A DNA stretch of 45,383 nucleotides, taken from assembly GCA_944391235.1 (NCBI GenBank), contig CALXSV010000094.1, positions 1 through 45,383 of the forward strand. Direction: 5' to 3'. Under the pieces are notes generated by a model. The model was not told the origin of the DNA and made no database searches. It was given only the letters and a program-made list of their open reading frames with translations. Position numbers and translations under genes: made by a program. The DNA is from an uncultured Clostridia bacterium (GTDB lineage Bacteria; Bacillota; Dehalobacteriia; UBA4068). This document shows positions 27,908 to 37,286 of the stretch, in pieces (positions within the stretch are counted from its first letter, which is position 1; each line of letters opens with the position of its first letter).

Positions 27908-28044
27908 TCCTCTGTTGCTGAAGGATCGGCAATGGAGGTTTTTCTTATGTAAAACCAGGCTTTTCTCTATTATTTTGCCAGGGTTTTTGTATAACTTGTA
28001 CCCGATTATACCCATACTTATGGGAGAAAGGATGTAGATGCAAA

Positions 28045-30690
28045 TTGGCCACCAGAGAATATTTATCTGAGGTAAGCCAGGTATTAGAGGAAAAAGCCAG
28101 CTCCATGTCTGGCCTTAGCGCTGCTGAGGCAGAATCCAGATTGGCGCGCTATGGCTTGAATAAACTGGCGGAGGGCAAAAAGGTTTCCCTGCTGCGCAAG
28201 TTTCTCGGCGAACTGGCCGACCCCATGACATTGATTTTAATTGCCGCAGCGGTGGTCTCCGGCGTTACGGCTGCTTATTCCGGTGAATCTTTTACCGATG
28301 TGATTATCATCATGATAGTGGTGATTATCAATGCAGTACTGGGCGTTTTTCAGGAAAACAAGGCGGAAAAGGCTATTGAAGCCTTGCAGCAGATTGCTGC
28401 TGCCACCTCCAAGGTGCTGCGTGATGGTTATCCACGTACCATCCGCAGCGAGGAGCTGGTACCGGGTGATATCATTCTTCTCGAAGCCGGCGACGCAGTA
28501 CCTGCGGACGCGCGCTTGCTGGAATGCGCTAGCCTCAAGGTGGAGGAGGCGGCTCTGACCGGCGAATCTGTAGCTGCGGAAAAGCAAACCGAGGCTCTGG
28601 ATCTTCAAGACGAAAAGGATATTCCCCTGGGCGACCGCAGCAATATGGTATATATGGGCAGCACCGTGGTATATGGCCGCGGGAAAGCTGTGATAACCGC
28701 CACTGGTATGGAAACGGAAATGGGCAAGATTGCCGGGGCATTGGCTGAAGCTAAGGAAGAGGCCACGCCCCTGCAGATTAAGCTCAATCAGCTAAGCAAG
28801 ATTCTCAGCTTCCTCGTTCTGGGCATCTGCGCAGTCATTTTTGTCATAGATATTCTGCGTGTATATCCCAACATTGGACAGGGTACGCTGATCGATACCT
28901 TTATGATCGCGGTTAGCCTAGCTGTGGCGGCTATTCCCGAGGGCTTGGCTGCTGTAGTGACCATTGTGCTGTCCATTGGTGTTACCAATATGTCACGGCG
29001 CAACGCAGTGATTCGCAAATTGACTGCCGTAGAAACGCTGGGTTGTACACAGATTATCTGCTCAGATAAAACTGGTACACTGACCCAGAATAAGATGACC
29101 GTTGTGCAGCGTTCGGCGGCAGATGAAAAACGCCTGGCCCTGGCCATGAGCTTGTGTAGCGATGCCCGCTTGGATGAAAACCAACAGGCGGTGGGCGAGC
29201 CTACCGAGTGTGCGTTGGTAAATGATGCGTATCAGCTGGGCTTGGCCGAAGAGGCGGCAACCTATACGCGTGTGGGCGAGGCGCCTTTTGATTCACAGCG
29301 TAAGATGATGTCCGTAGTCTGCCGGGATACGCAAGGCAACTACATTCAGTTTACCAAGGGTGCGCCAGATGAAGTTCTTAAGCGCTGCACCCTGGTTTGG
29401 CAACAGGGGCAGGCTGTACCTTTGACAGACAGTATGCGCCAGGAAATTTTAGCGGCCAATAAAGCTATGGCTGACCAGGCTCTGCGCGTGTTGTGCGCAG
29501 CCCAGCGTTTGTGGTCCGATCTGCCGCAGGATACCAGCCCGCAGTCTTTGGAGCAGGAGCTGTGCTATCTGGGCCTGGTGGGGATGATCGACCCCATCCG
29601 TACAGAAGTAAAGGACGCGATTGTCAAATGCCGGGAAGCTGGCGTGCGGCCGATTATGATTACTGGCGATCATCGCGACACTGCCGTGGCCATTGCCCGT
29701 CAGCTGGGTATTCTGGAAGAGGGGCAGCAGGCTATTACCGGCGCGCAGCTCAATGAGATTGACGATGCAGAGCTGGCCGCCTCGATTGAGAAATATTCTG
29801 TATATGCGCGTGTGCAGCCTGAGCATAAGGTACGCATTGTCAAGGCCTGGAAGGCGCGTGGCTGTATTACCGCTATGACCGGCGACGGTGTGAACGACGC
29901 GCCCTCCATTAAAAGCGCAGATATTGGCGTTGGCATGGGTATTACCGGTACGGATGTAACCAAAAACGTTGCCGATATGGTGCTGGCGGATGATAATTTT
30001 GCTACCATTGTCTCTGCTGTGGAGGAAGGGCGGCGCATTTACGATAATATTCGTAAAGCTATTCAGTTCCTGCTTTCCAGCAACCTTGCAGAGGTTCTAT
30101 CCATTTTCTTTGCCACCATGGTTGGGTTTACTATTCTGAAACCTGTGCATTTGCTGTGGATTAACCTGATCACCGACTGCTTCCCCGCGCTGGCTCTGGG
30201 CATGGAAAAGAGCGAGCCGGATATTATGCAGCGTCCACCAAGACGCGCAGATGAGGGCATATTTGCCGGAGGAATGGGCTTTGATGTTGCTGTGCAGGGT
30301 GTGATCGTCACCATATTAACCGTGCTCTCCTATTTAATTGGTCATTATATGGAGGCTGGAGAGTGGGTGTTCACGGATAGTCCGGCTGGTATGACCATGG
30401 CCTTTCTTACCCTTTCCCTGGTAGAGATTTGCCACTCCTTTAACATGCGCTCTCGCCGGGCTTCGCTGTTTTCTCTGCCCACGCATAACCGCTGGCTATG
30501 GGGATCCATGCTGGTTTCCTTGGCCTGCACGATTGCGGTTATCTATGTTCCCTTCCTGGCTACCGCCTTTTCTTTTGACCACATCTCCCTGGCTGAGTTT
30601 GGCGTAGCTGTGCTGCTCGCTTTAAGCATTATTCCGATTATGGAGCTGATTAAGCTGGTTCAGCGTAAAATAGCAGGCAGGCGTGCATAA
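28045..30690 (+). CDS. Cation-translocating P-type ATPase, type IIA (Ca2+/Mn2+, SERCA/YloB/LMCA1-like)
   Basis: Cation_ATPase_N (GLSAAEAESRLARYGLNKL), TGES, IPEGLAAV, CSDKTGTLTQNKM, KGAPD, MITGDH, TGDGVNDAPS, 10 TM. It has a TTG start; the exact start is uncertain. Confidence 0.9.
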   Translation: MATREYLSEVSQVLEEKASSMSGLSAAEAESRLARYGLNKLAEGKKVSLLRKFLGELADPMTLILIAAAVVSGVTAAYSGESFTDVIIIMIVVIINAVLGVFQENKAEKAIEALQQIAAATSKVLRDGYPRTIRSEELVPGDIILLEAGDAVPADARLLECASLKVEEAALTGESVAAEKQTEALDLQDEKDIPLGDRSNMVYMGSTVVYGRGKAVITATGMETEMGKIAGALAEAKEEATPLQIKLNQLSKILSFLVLGICAVIFVIDILRVYPNIGQGTLIDTFMIAVSLAVAAIPEGLAAVVTIVLSIGVTNMSRRNAVIRKLTAVETLGCTQIICSDKTGTLTQNKMTVVQRSAADEKRLALAMSLCSDARLDENQQAVGEPTECALVNDAYQLGLAEEAATYTRVGEAPFDSQRKMMSVVCRDTQGNYIQFTKGAPDEVLKRCTLVWQQGQAVPLTDSMRQEILAANKAMADQALRVLCAAQRLWSDLPQDTSPQSLEQELCYLGLVGMIDPIRTEVKDAIVKCREAGVRPIMITGDHRDTAVAIARQLGILEEGQQAITGAQLNEIDDAELAASIEKYSVYARVQPEHKVRIVKAWKARGCITAMTGDGVNDAPSIKSADIGVGMGITGTDVTKNVADMVLADDNFATIVSAVEEGRRIYDNIRKAIQFLLSSNLAEVLSIFFATMVGFTILKPVHLLWINLITDCFPALALGMEKSEPDIMQRPPRRADEGIFAGGMGFDVAVQGVIVTILTVLSYLIGHYMEAGEWVFTDSPAGMTMAFLTLSLVEICHSFNMRSRRASLFSLPTHNRWLWGSMLVSLACTIAVIYVPFLATAFSFDHISLAEFGVAVLLALSIIPIMELIKLVQRKIAGRRA

Positions 30691-30704
30691 GTTCTGTTGT
30701 GTAG

Positions 30705-30741
30705 AAAAGCCTCTGGAGGAAAGCTCCAGAGGCTTTTTTTA
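30705..30741 (+). terminator. Rho-independent terminator after the ATPase
   Basis: AAAAGCCTCTGGAG-GAAA-(G)CTCCAGAGGCTTTT followed by TTTT. Confidence 0.85.
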
Positions 30742-30829
30742 CAGACGTTTTTATTCATGGGAACAAGTTGTGGCAAAATGCTGTCATACTATACAGAAAC
30801 ACGATGAAGAAGCGAAAGGAGTATAGAAA

Positions 30830-31387
30830 ATGAAAACTTTATCCATGAAAAAGCTGTTGCTGCTGATGCTTGCACTACTTGTGGTTGTTGCCGCCTGTAC
30901 TGCCTGTGGGGAAAAGGATCCACAGGGAGGAAGCGACACGCCGGAAATCCAAAGTCCGCAAGGAGAGCTGTCCGCCATTATTGAGGACATCTATGCCATC
31001 CAGGACGCAGGATTGAATGTAGTCACCACAACGGTGGATTTAACAGATGCCAATGCTTTGAAATCTTTTACTGGTCTGGACAGTGCGGACAAAATTAGCG
31101 AGGTTGCCGTATCTGAGCCCATGATTAGCTCGCAGGCCTATTCCTTGGTGCTCGTCCGCGTCAGCGATAGCGCAGATGCCGAGGAAATCGCCCAAGCGAT
31201 GAAGGACGGCATTGATCCCAGAAAGTGGATTTGCGTGGAGGCGGATGATCTGCGCGTAGTTGGTTATGGGGATTTGCTGATGCTGGTGATGATGGATAGT
31301 CAGCTGGCGGATACTATCACCTCTGAGCAGATGGTGGCTGCTTTTGCCGAGGTTTGCGGCGGTGACTTGACCATAGATTTGCAGTAA
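30830..31387 (+). CDS. Small lipoprotein (possibly DUF4358-like), first gene of the MBOAT cluster
   Basis: Lipobox VVVAACTAC-G, 185 aa. The family name is recalled from similar Clostridial MBOAT neighbourhoods and has not been verified. Confidence 0.65.
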   Translation: MKTLSMKKLLLLMLALLVVVAACTACGEKDPQGGSDTPEIQSPQGELSAIIEDIYAIQDAGLNVVTTTVDLTDANALKSFTGLDSADKISEVAVSEPMISSQAYSLVLVRVSDSADAEEIAQAMKDGIDPRKWICVEADDLRVVGYGDLLMLVMMDSQLADTITSEQMVAAFAEVCGGDLTIDLQ

Positions 31388-31478
31388 GCCGCTGAAGAAA
31401 GGGGACTCTAACGGGGAGAAGCTGGGCCGTAGGAGTGCGCGTCCGTAGCTTCTGATTGAAGGCTGGCTGGAGGGCTCT

Positions 31479-32879
31479 ATGCTGTTTTCAGATATTTCTT
31501 TTTTATATTATTTTTTGCCGGTTGTGTTGTTGCTGTATTTTATGGTACCCGGTAAATATAAAAACAGTTTACTACTGCTGGCCAGCCTGTTTTTTTACGC
31601 CTGGGGGGAGCCGCGTTATGTAGTGCTTATTGTGCTGGCTATTGTCTGCGGCTATAGCTTTGCCCGGTTAATTGATTGCTACCGGGGAAGTTGGAAATCC
31701 CGCTTGTATTTGTTTTTTTCCTGTCTAATCAGTTTGGGATTGCTGGGCTATTTTAAGTATGCGACCTTTTTTATCTCTAATCTCAACGCACTTACAGGTT
31801 GGCAGTTGCTTGTGCCCAAAATCGTTTTGCCCATTGGCATTAGCTTTTATACCTTTCAGATTATCAGCTATACGGTGGACGTATATCGCGGACAGGTGGA
31901 AGCACAGCGTAATCTGCTGGATTTTGCCACCTATGTGGCCCTCTTTCCACAACTGATCGCCGGCCCGATTGTGCGCTATGCAGATGTGGATGAGCAGCTT
32001 AAGTCTCGCCGTATTACCTGGGAGCAGGCTTATAGCGGAGTGACCCGCTTCATTATTGGGCTAGCCAAAAAGGTGCTGCTATCCAACGTGCTGGCTGAGC
32101 TATGTACGGCCTTTCGCAGCACGCAGGATAACTCCGTGCTTTTTTGCTGGCTGTACGCGCTGGCCTTTTGCCTGCACATTTATTTTGATTTTTCCGGTTA
32201 TAGCGATATGGCGATTGGTCTGGGGAAAATATTGGGCTTTTCCTTTCCGGAAAACTTTTCCTATCCCTATATGTCGCGCAGCATCAGCGAATTTTGGCGG
32301 CGCTGGCATATGACATTGGGCTCCTGGTTCCGCGATTATGTCTATATTCCCTTGGGCGGCAATCGCGTTGCGCCGGCCCGCTGGGTAGCGCATATTCTGT
32401 TGGTCTGGTTGTTGACTGGCTTGTGGCATGGCGCAGCTTGGAATTTTGTGCTCTGGGGTCTGTTTTTTGCCCTGTTGCTGATTGTCGAGCGCATAGGTCA
32501 GCCACTGTTGGTGAAGCTTCCCGCCTTCCTGCGGCATGCTGTTGTGCTGTTTTGTCTGCTGATCAGCTTTGTACTGTTTAATGCAGATAGTCTGTCCACA
32601 GCCTGGTCGGATATTGGCGGCCTGTTTGGCGCGGGCGGCTTGCCGCGCGCTACAGCGGAAGCCTGGTACTATTTACGCAGCTATCTGATTCCGCTGCTCT
32701 TGGCCATATTGGGATGCAGTCCTTTACCCGTTCGCCTCTATCAGAGGTTGCACAAGCGCTTTGCGACTGGCAGCGGCTTTTACCTGCTCCAATCTATTTT
32801 GCTGTTAGCCCTCTTGCTGTTGTGTACCGCCTATCTGGTGGACGGCTCCTTCAATCCCTTCCTGTATTTCCGTTTTTAA
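31479..32879 (+). CDS. MBOAT-family membrane O-acyltransferase (AlgI/DltB/PatA-like)
   Basis: Polytopic. Motifs FWRRWHMTLGSWFRDYVYIPLGGNR and GLWHGAAWNFVLWG contain the conserved MBOAT histidine. Confidence 0.9.
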   Translation: MLFSDISFLYYFLPVVLLLYFMVPGKYKNSLLLLASLFFYAWGEPRYVVLIVLAIVCGYSFARLIDCYRGSWKSRLYLFFSCLISLGLLGYFKYATFFISNLNALTGWQLLVPKIVLPIGISFYTFQIISYTVDVYRGQVEAQRNLLDFATYVALFPQLIAGPIVRYADVDEQLKSRRITWEQAYSGVTRFIIGLAKKVLLSNVLAELCTAFRSTQDNSVLFCWLYALAFCLHIYFDFSGYSDMAIGLGKILGFSFPENFSYPYMSRSISEFWRRWHMTLGSWFRDYVYIPLGGNRVAPARWVAHILLVWLLTGLWHGAAWNFVLWGLFFALLLIVERIGQPLLVKLPAFLRHAVVLFCLLISFVLFNADSLSTAWSDIGGLFGAGGLPRATAEAWYYLRSYLIPLLLAILGCSPLPVRLYQRLHKRFATGSGFYLLQSILLLALLLLCTAYLVDGSFNPFLYFRF

Positions 32880-32891
32880 GGTGGTGTGCCT

Positions 32892-33995
32892 ATGCGTGAG
32901 CAAGCAAAATATTTACCCGGTCTCTTGCTTATCTGCCTGCTGTGGCTCGGGCTGAGCCTGCTGTGCTGGTTCAAAACGCCACAGGCTTCTTCGATAAGCG
33001 AGCGCAGGCAATTGGCGCAGCTGCCGCAGCTCTCTGCCAGCACGCTGCTTTCCGGCTCTTATATGCGCGATTTTGGCGAGTATGCGCTGGATCAGTTCCC
33101 CTTGCGCGATTCTTTTCGCCGCCTAAAGGCAGCCTCTGTGTTTTATCTGTTTCAGCAGAAAGACAATAATGGCATCTACCTTGTTGATGGCTATGCGGCG
33201 CAGCTGGAATATCCTTTAAACGAGTCGTCCGTCCTATCTGCTGCCCAGCATTTTACGGATTTGTACAACAACTATATGAAGGATGCAAATGTGCGGGTAT
33301 ATCTTTCCATTATTCCGGATAAGAGCTACTTTTTGGCTGCGCAGCACGCTTACCCAACGCTGGATTATGCCCGGCTGTTTACACTTATGCAGGAAAATAT
33401 GCCCTTTGCCACCTTTATTGATATTCGTCAGCAGCTGGATGTGGCGGATTACTATCGCACGGATACCCACTGGCGGCAGGAATGCTTGCTGGATGTAGCG
33501 CAGGCGCTGGCCGAGGGCATGGACTGCGGTCCGATTGCTACGCAGTATGAGGAGGAGGTGGCGGATATCCCCTTTTACGGCGTATACTATGGCCAGTCCG
33601 CCTTGCCTCTGGACAGTGAAGAGATTCATTATCTGCGCAGCCCGGTACTGGATGCCTGTACGGTCTATAATGTGGAAACCGGCAGCAGTGGTGGTATTTA
33701 TGCGTTGGATAAGCTGGAGAGCCGCGACCCCTATGAGGTTTTTTTACAGGGTGCTGCACCGCTGCTGTATATTGAAAATCCCTTGGCTGATACCAGCAGG
33801 GAATTGGTGGTGTTTCGCGATTCCTTTGCCAGTAGCTTGGTTCCCCTGTTGGTAGAGAATTATGCTAAAATTACTTTGGTGGATACCCGCTATATAGCAA
33901 GCACTTATGTGGGGGAATATGTGGACTTTACGGATTGCGACGTACTCTTTCTTTACAGTACGCTGCTTCTCAATAACAGCGCTGTTTTAAAATAG
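32892..33995 (+). CDS. DHHW-family extracytoplasmic protein (AlgJ/AlgX/PatB-like partner of MBOAT)
   Basis: N-terminal TM anchor. YYRTDTHW in place of the family DHHW signature. FRDSFASSL near the C-terminus. Starts 12 nt after the MBOAT stop, with AAGGTGG as SD. Confidence 0.7.
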   Translation: MREQAKYLPGLLLICLLWLGLSLLCWFKTPQASSISERRQLAQLPQLSASTLLSGSYMRDFGEYALDQFPLRDSFRRLKAASVFYLFQQKDNNGIYLVDGYAAQLEYPLNESSVLSAAQHFTDLYNNYMKDANVRVYLSIIPDKSYFLAAQHAYPTLDYARLFTLMQENMPFATFIDIRQQLDVADYYRTDTHWRQECLLDVAQALAEGMDCGPIATQYEEEVADIPFYGVYYGQSALPLDSEEIHYLRSPVLDACTVYNVETGSSGGIYALDKLESRDPYEVFLQGAAPLLYIENPLADTSRELVVFRDSFASSLVPLLVENYAKITLVDTRYIASTYVGEYVDFTDCDVLFLYSTLLLNNSAVLK

Positions 33996-34009
33996 GGGTT
34001 GGCAAAAGA

Positions 34010-34048
34010 AAAAGGAGAGGGCGTCTCATAAGAGCTCTCTCCTTTTTT
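34010..34048. terminator. Bidirectional terminator between the DHHW gene and metI
   Basis: AAAAGGAGAG...CTCTCCTTTTTT. Confidence 0.75.
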
Positions 34049-34064
34049 GCTGCTTGTCTGCAGA

Positions 34065-34769
34065 CTAATTTTTTAAACGCTTGTCCGCTTTGGTAGCCAG
34101 ACGCGTGCCAACGCTTTGGAAAATCTGTACCAGGATGATGAGCAGGATGACCGCCAGCAGCATAACCAGATATTTGTAGCGGTAGTAGCCATAGTTAATG
34201 GCAATTTTACCCAGCCCGCCGCCGCCGCAAATGCCGCTCATGGCAGAGTAACCAAGAATGGTGGTAATGGAGATGGTGGCATTGGACAGCAGGGAAGGAA
34301 TGCTTTCCGGAATCATGACCCGTACAATGATTTGCATGGGTGAGGCGCCCATGCTTTGCGCGGTCTCAATAATATTGGGATTGAGCTCACGCAGACTGCT
34401 TTCCGCCAGACGCGCCACAAAGGGGAAAGCGGCAATCACCAGCGGCACAATGGAGGCCACTGTTCCAACGGAGGTCCCCACAATTAGACGGGTAAAGGGA
34501 ATGAGCATAATCATCAGAATGAGAAAGGGCACAGAGCGCAGGAGATTGATTACAACATTCAGTACATGCATCAGCCACTTGGGCAGGGGCAATACCCCAT
34601 TTTTTTCGCCCACTACGAGCATAACACCCAAGGGCAGACCAATCACAATGGCGATTGCTGTAGAGATTACTGTAACATAAAAGGTTTCCCACACTGCTAA
34701 CGGAAACTCATTTTGTATGATGCGCAGCGCCTCTGCAACTGCCTGTGATGAAAAAAGCTTATCAAGCAT
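34065..34769 (-). CDS. metI: Methionine ABC transporter permease
   Basis: MetI-type BPD permease (ESSLRELNPNIIETAQSMGASPMQII). The ATG at 34769 overlaps the metN stop (ATGCTTGA), so the track ORF is over-extended. Confidence 0.9.
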   Translation of the reverse strand: MLDKLFSSQAVAEALRIIQNEFPLAVWETFYVTVISTAIAIVIGLPLGVMLVVGEKNGVLPLPKWLMHVLNVVINLLRSVPFLILMIMLIPFTRLIVGTSVGTVASIVPLVIAAFPFVARLAESSLRELNPNIIETAQSMGASPMQIIVRVMIPESIPSLLSNATISITTILGYSAMSGICGGGGLGKIAINYGYYRYKYLVMLLAVILLIILVQIFQSVGTRLATKADKRLKN

Positions 34770-35772
34770 TGGGTAAGACCTCCTCCACAACAACATCGGC
34801 AATGCTTTGCAGGTAAGCTGCTGCCTTGGGCAGATTCTTCTCTCCATCCGGTATCCCCAGCAGCATATTGCCATACACCTTATCTCCTATGCTTCTGGTG
34901 GAGGCAAAGAGAATATTGGCGGCTATATTCTCCTCCATCGCCATGGTCGCGATCAGCGGCGTTCCTGTTGCCAGCGCGCCGTTAAACACAACACGGATAC
35001 GCTTTTCACCTGGCTCAGCAGGCAGAATCTCATTGCTGCCATCAGGAAAGACCAGACGCTTGGCTTCCGGAGACTGGGGATTGGCAAAAATCGTACCGAC
35101 CTCGCCCTCTTCAACCACAACCCCGTTGTCCAGGATGGCAACATGCTGGCAGATTTCCTCCACCACGCTCATTTGATGTGTAATTACAATGGCGGTGATG
35201 CCCAACTCCCGGTTGATATCGCGGATTAGATTGAGGATGGAGTGCGTTGTTTTGGGATCCAGCGCGCTTGTCGCCTCATCACACAGCAAAACTTTTGGAT
35301 TGGTGGCTAGCGCACGGGCAATGGCAATGCGTTGCTGCTGTCCGCCAGATAGCTGTGCAGGATAGGCTTTCGCCTTGTCCGGCAGGCCCACCACCTCCAG
35401 CAGCTCCAGCGCACGTTTTTTGGCCGCAGCTTTTTTTACGCCTGCCAGCTCTAGTGGAAAGCAAATGTTGCTCAGACAGTCGCGCTGCATCAGCAGGTTA
35501 AAGCCCTGAAAGATCATGGTAATGTTTCTGCGCGCGGCACGCAACTCTGCTGTAGACAGGCTGCCCATATCCTGGCCATCGATGATGACCGTACCGGAGG
35601 TAGGGCGCTCCAGCATGTTAATGCAGCGCACCAGGGTGCTTTTTCCTGCTCCGCTCATACCAATAATCCCATAGATATCTCCATCCGGTATAGTCAGGCT
35701 TACGTTCTTGAGGGCCTCTACCGTGTCATTTCCAGACTGGAAGGATTTAGTGAGATTTCTGATTTCAATCAT
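34762..35772 (-). CDS. metN: Methionine ABC transporter ATP-binding protein with C-terminal NIL domain
   Basis: Walker A GMSGAGKST, signature LSGGQQQR, Walker B LLCDEATSALD, then a NIL domain. Confidence 0.9.
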   Translation of the reverse strand: MIEIRNLTKSFQSGNDTVEALKNVSLTIPDGDIYGIIGMSGAGKSTLVRCINMLERPTSGTVIIDGQDMGSLSTAELRAARRNITMIFQGFNLLMQRDCLSNICFPLELAGVKKAAAKKRALELLEVVGLPDKAKAYPAQLSGGQQQRIAIARALATNPKVLLCDEATSALDPKTTHSILNLIRDINRELGITAIVITHQMSVVEEICQHVAILDNGVVVEEGEVGTIFANPQSPEAKRLVFPDGSNEILPAEPGEKRIRVVFNGALATGTPLIATMAMEENIAANILFASTRSIGDKVYGNMLLGIPDGEKNLPKAAAYLQSIADVVVEEVLPNA

Positions 35773-35835
35773 AGTCAGCCTCCGGAGAAAGGATAACGCC
35801 GATTGTCATTCGGCAAGCGGCGTTATGACCAGTCC

Positions 35836-36693
35836 TTATTGTGTAATGGCATCCAGGCTTGTCTGCTTGCCACCGTAGATGCCCATGGGCTCGACATGGA
35901 TGGATGCTGCAGATACGAGATGCGTGCCATTTTGTACATTGAAATCATCCAGGTAAGGAGCGTGCTGGAAATAGTTGGCGTCTACTTCGCCGCTCTCCAC
36001 AACGTTGTTGGGGATGATGTAGTCGGTATATTCAATAATTTCCAGCGTAATATCTCTTTCCGCAAGAATTTCCTTGGCAACCGCGAGGATTTCTGCATGC
36101 GGAGCTGGAGTAGCGGCTACGGAAATGCTGGTACCTGCCAGAGCTTCATAATCTACTGTGGCGTCAAAGCCATCGCCAGGGGTCTCAACAACGCTGATGA
36201 CAGCGCCGCCATAGGTCTCGGTGATGTAATCGGCTACAGCCTGGCTTTGTAAAGCGGCAACCAGCGCTTTGATCGCGTCAGTTTCTTCATTGCCCTCTTT
36301 GACCGCCAGAATGTTGGCATAGGCGGAACTAGAGTTTTCCATAGCCAGCGATTCCTCAATCGGATTCATTCCCGCCGCAATGGCATAGTTGGAGTTAATG
36401 ATGGCATAGTCTACATCCGGCAGAATGTTGGGCAGCTGTGCAGCTTCAACCTCTTCAAACTGAAGGTTGTAGGGGTTGTCCGTGATATCCTGGACAGTGG
36501 CAGTAATGCCAGCTTCCGGATCAAGCGTAATATACCCCTGTGCTTCCAACAGCAGCAGTGCTCTGGCCTCGTTTGTGGTATCATTGGGCACGGCAATGGT
36601 CGGACCCTCGTTCTGGGAGGAGCAGGCGCTGAGGCCGATGCAGCCAACAATGGTAAGTACAGCGACCAGAATGATGAGCATCGTTCTTTTCAT
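35836..36693 (-). CDS. metQ: MetQ/NlpA-family methionine-binding lipoprotein
   Basis: Lipobox GLSAC-S. NlpA-family pattern (the region around NSNYAIAAGMNP, plus ANILAVKEGNE). Confidence 0.9.
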   Translation of the reverse strand: MKRTMLIILVAVLTIVGCIGLSACSSQNEGPTIAVPNDTTNEARALLLLEAQGYITLDPEAGITATVQDITDNPYNLQFEEVEAAQLPNILPDVDYAIINSNYAIAAGMNPIEESLAMENSSSAYANILAVKEGNEETDAIKALVAALQSQAVADYITETYGGAVISVVETPGDGFDATVDYEALAGTSISVAATPAPHAEILAVAKEILAERDITLEIIEYTDYIIPNNVVESGEVDANYFQHAPYLDDFNVQNGTHLVSAASIHVEPMGIYGGKQTSLDAITQ

Positions 36694-37047
36694 GTGAATA
36701 CATCTCCTTGATATTTATTTATAGACAATGTTTTAAATCCATGTATGGGGATAGGCCGGCGGTTCCAATAGCGATAGCCTGCCCGTTGAAAGAAAAAAGA
36801 GAGAAGCTTGCAATGCCACTCTCCTCCAAATGATATAAACCCATATCTGCAAGCTGGCAGCATAACATGCATTCGTTTGACAGAAAGCACACCCGGTAAA
36901 AAACGATCCTGGGAAGCATGCGTCCTTAAGGCGCATTATCTGGTGTTTTTTGTAGCGCTGTTGGTCTTCTTGCCGCCTGTTTTTGCGACTATGGGCTTCC
37001 TGCCTGCTTGTACGGAAAGATGCAGTGAAATTTTTGCTCTGTTCTTT

Positions 37048-37077
37048 ATTGTACCATAGGGTAACCATTAAAGTCAA
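37048..37077 (-). promoter_or_regulatory. Candidate sigma-A promoter about 350 nt upstream of metQ
   Basis: Minus strand reads TTGACT - 18 nt - TACAAT. Confidence 0.4.
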
Positions 37078-37286
37078 TTAAGCTTTTGCCCTGCGAGCGA
37101 TGCTTTTTGCGATTGCGCTGCTGTTTATCCCCATGTTTACCACCGGAATGCTGCTCTTGTGGGAATTGCCCCAGCTGTTGGCAAAAAACCTTCAAATCAA
37201 CGAAGAATAGCGCGTCCGGAAACAGGTGATTCTTTTCACTTACGGATGTTTTTGGGTGGCTTTGTTTTGGCATCTTTGAATTTCCG

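Noticed and set aside
36694-37047. SAM-I (S-box) riboswitch or Met T-box in the metQ leader
   Set aside because: I searched the minus strand for GAGGGA...GCAACC...GGTGC and for the AGGGTGGNACCGCG T-box and found neither. GGAACCGCCGG is only a loose resemblance. The region is retained as an unexplained leader in the findings.
37086-37250. Small plus-strand ORFs: a 36-aa hydrophobic peptide (37100-37210) and, in another frame, a Cys-rich 47-codon frame (LPCERCFLRLRCCLSPCLPPECCSCGNCPSCW...)
   Set aside because: Neither ORF has a Shine-Dalgarno sequence. The Cys-rich frame is a frameshifted reading of CTG/GCT-rich sequence and has only a TTG start. They are more likely remnants of a decayed membrane-protein gene than a RiPP precursor. 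No maturase genes are nearby.
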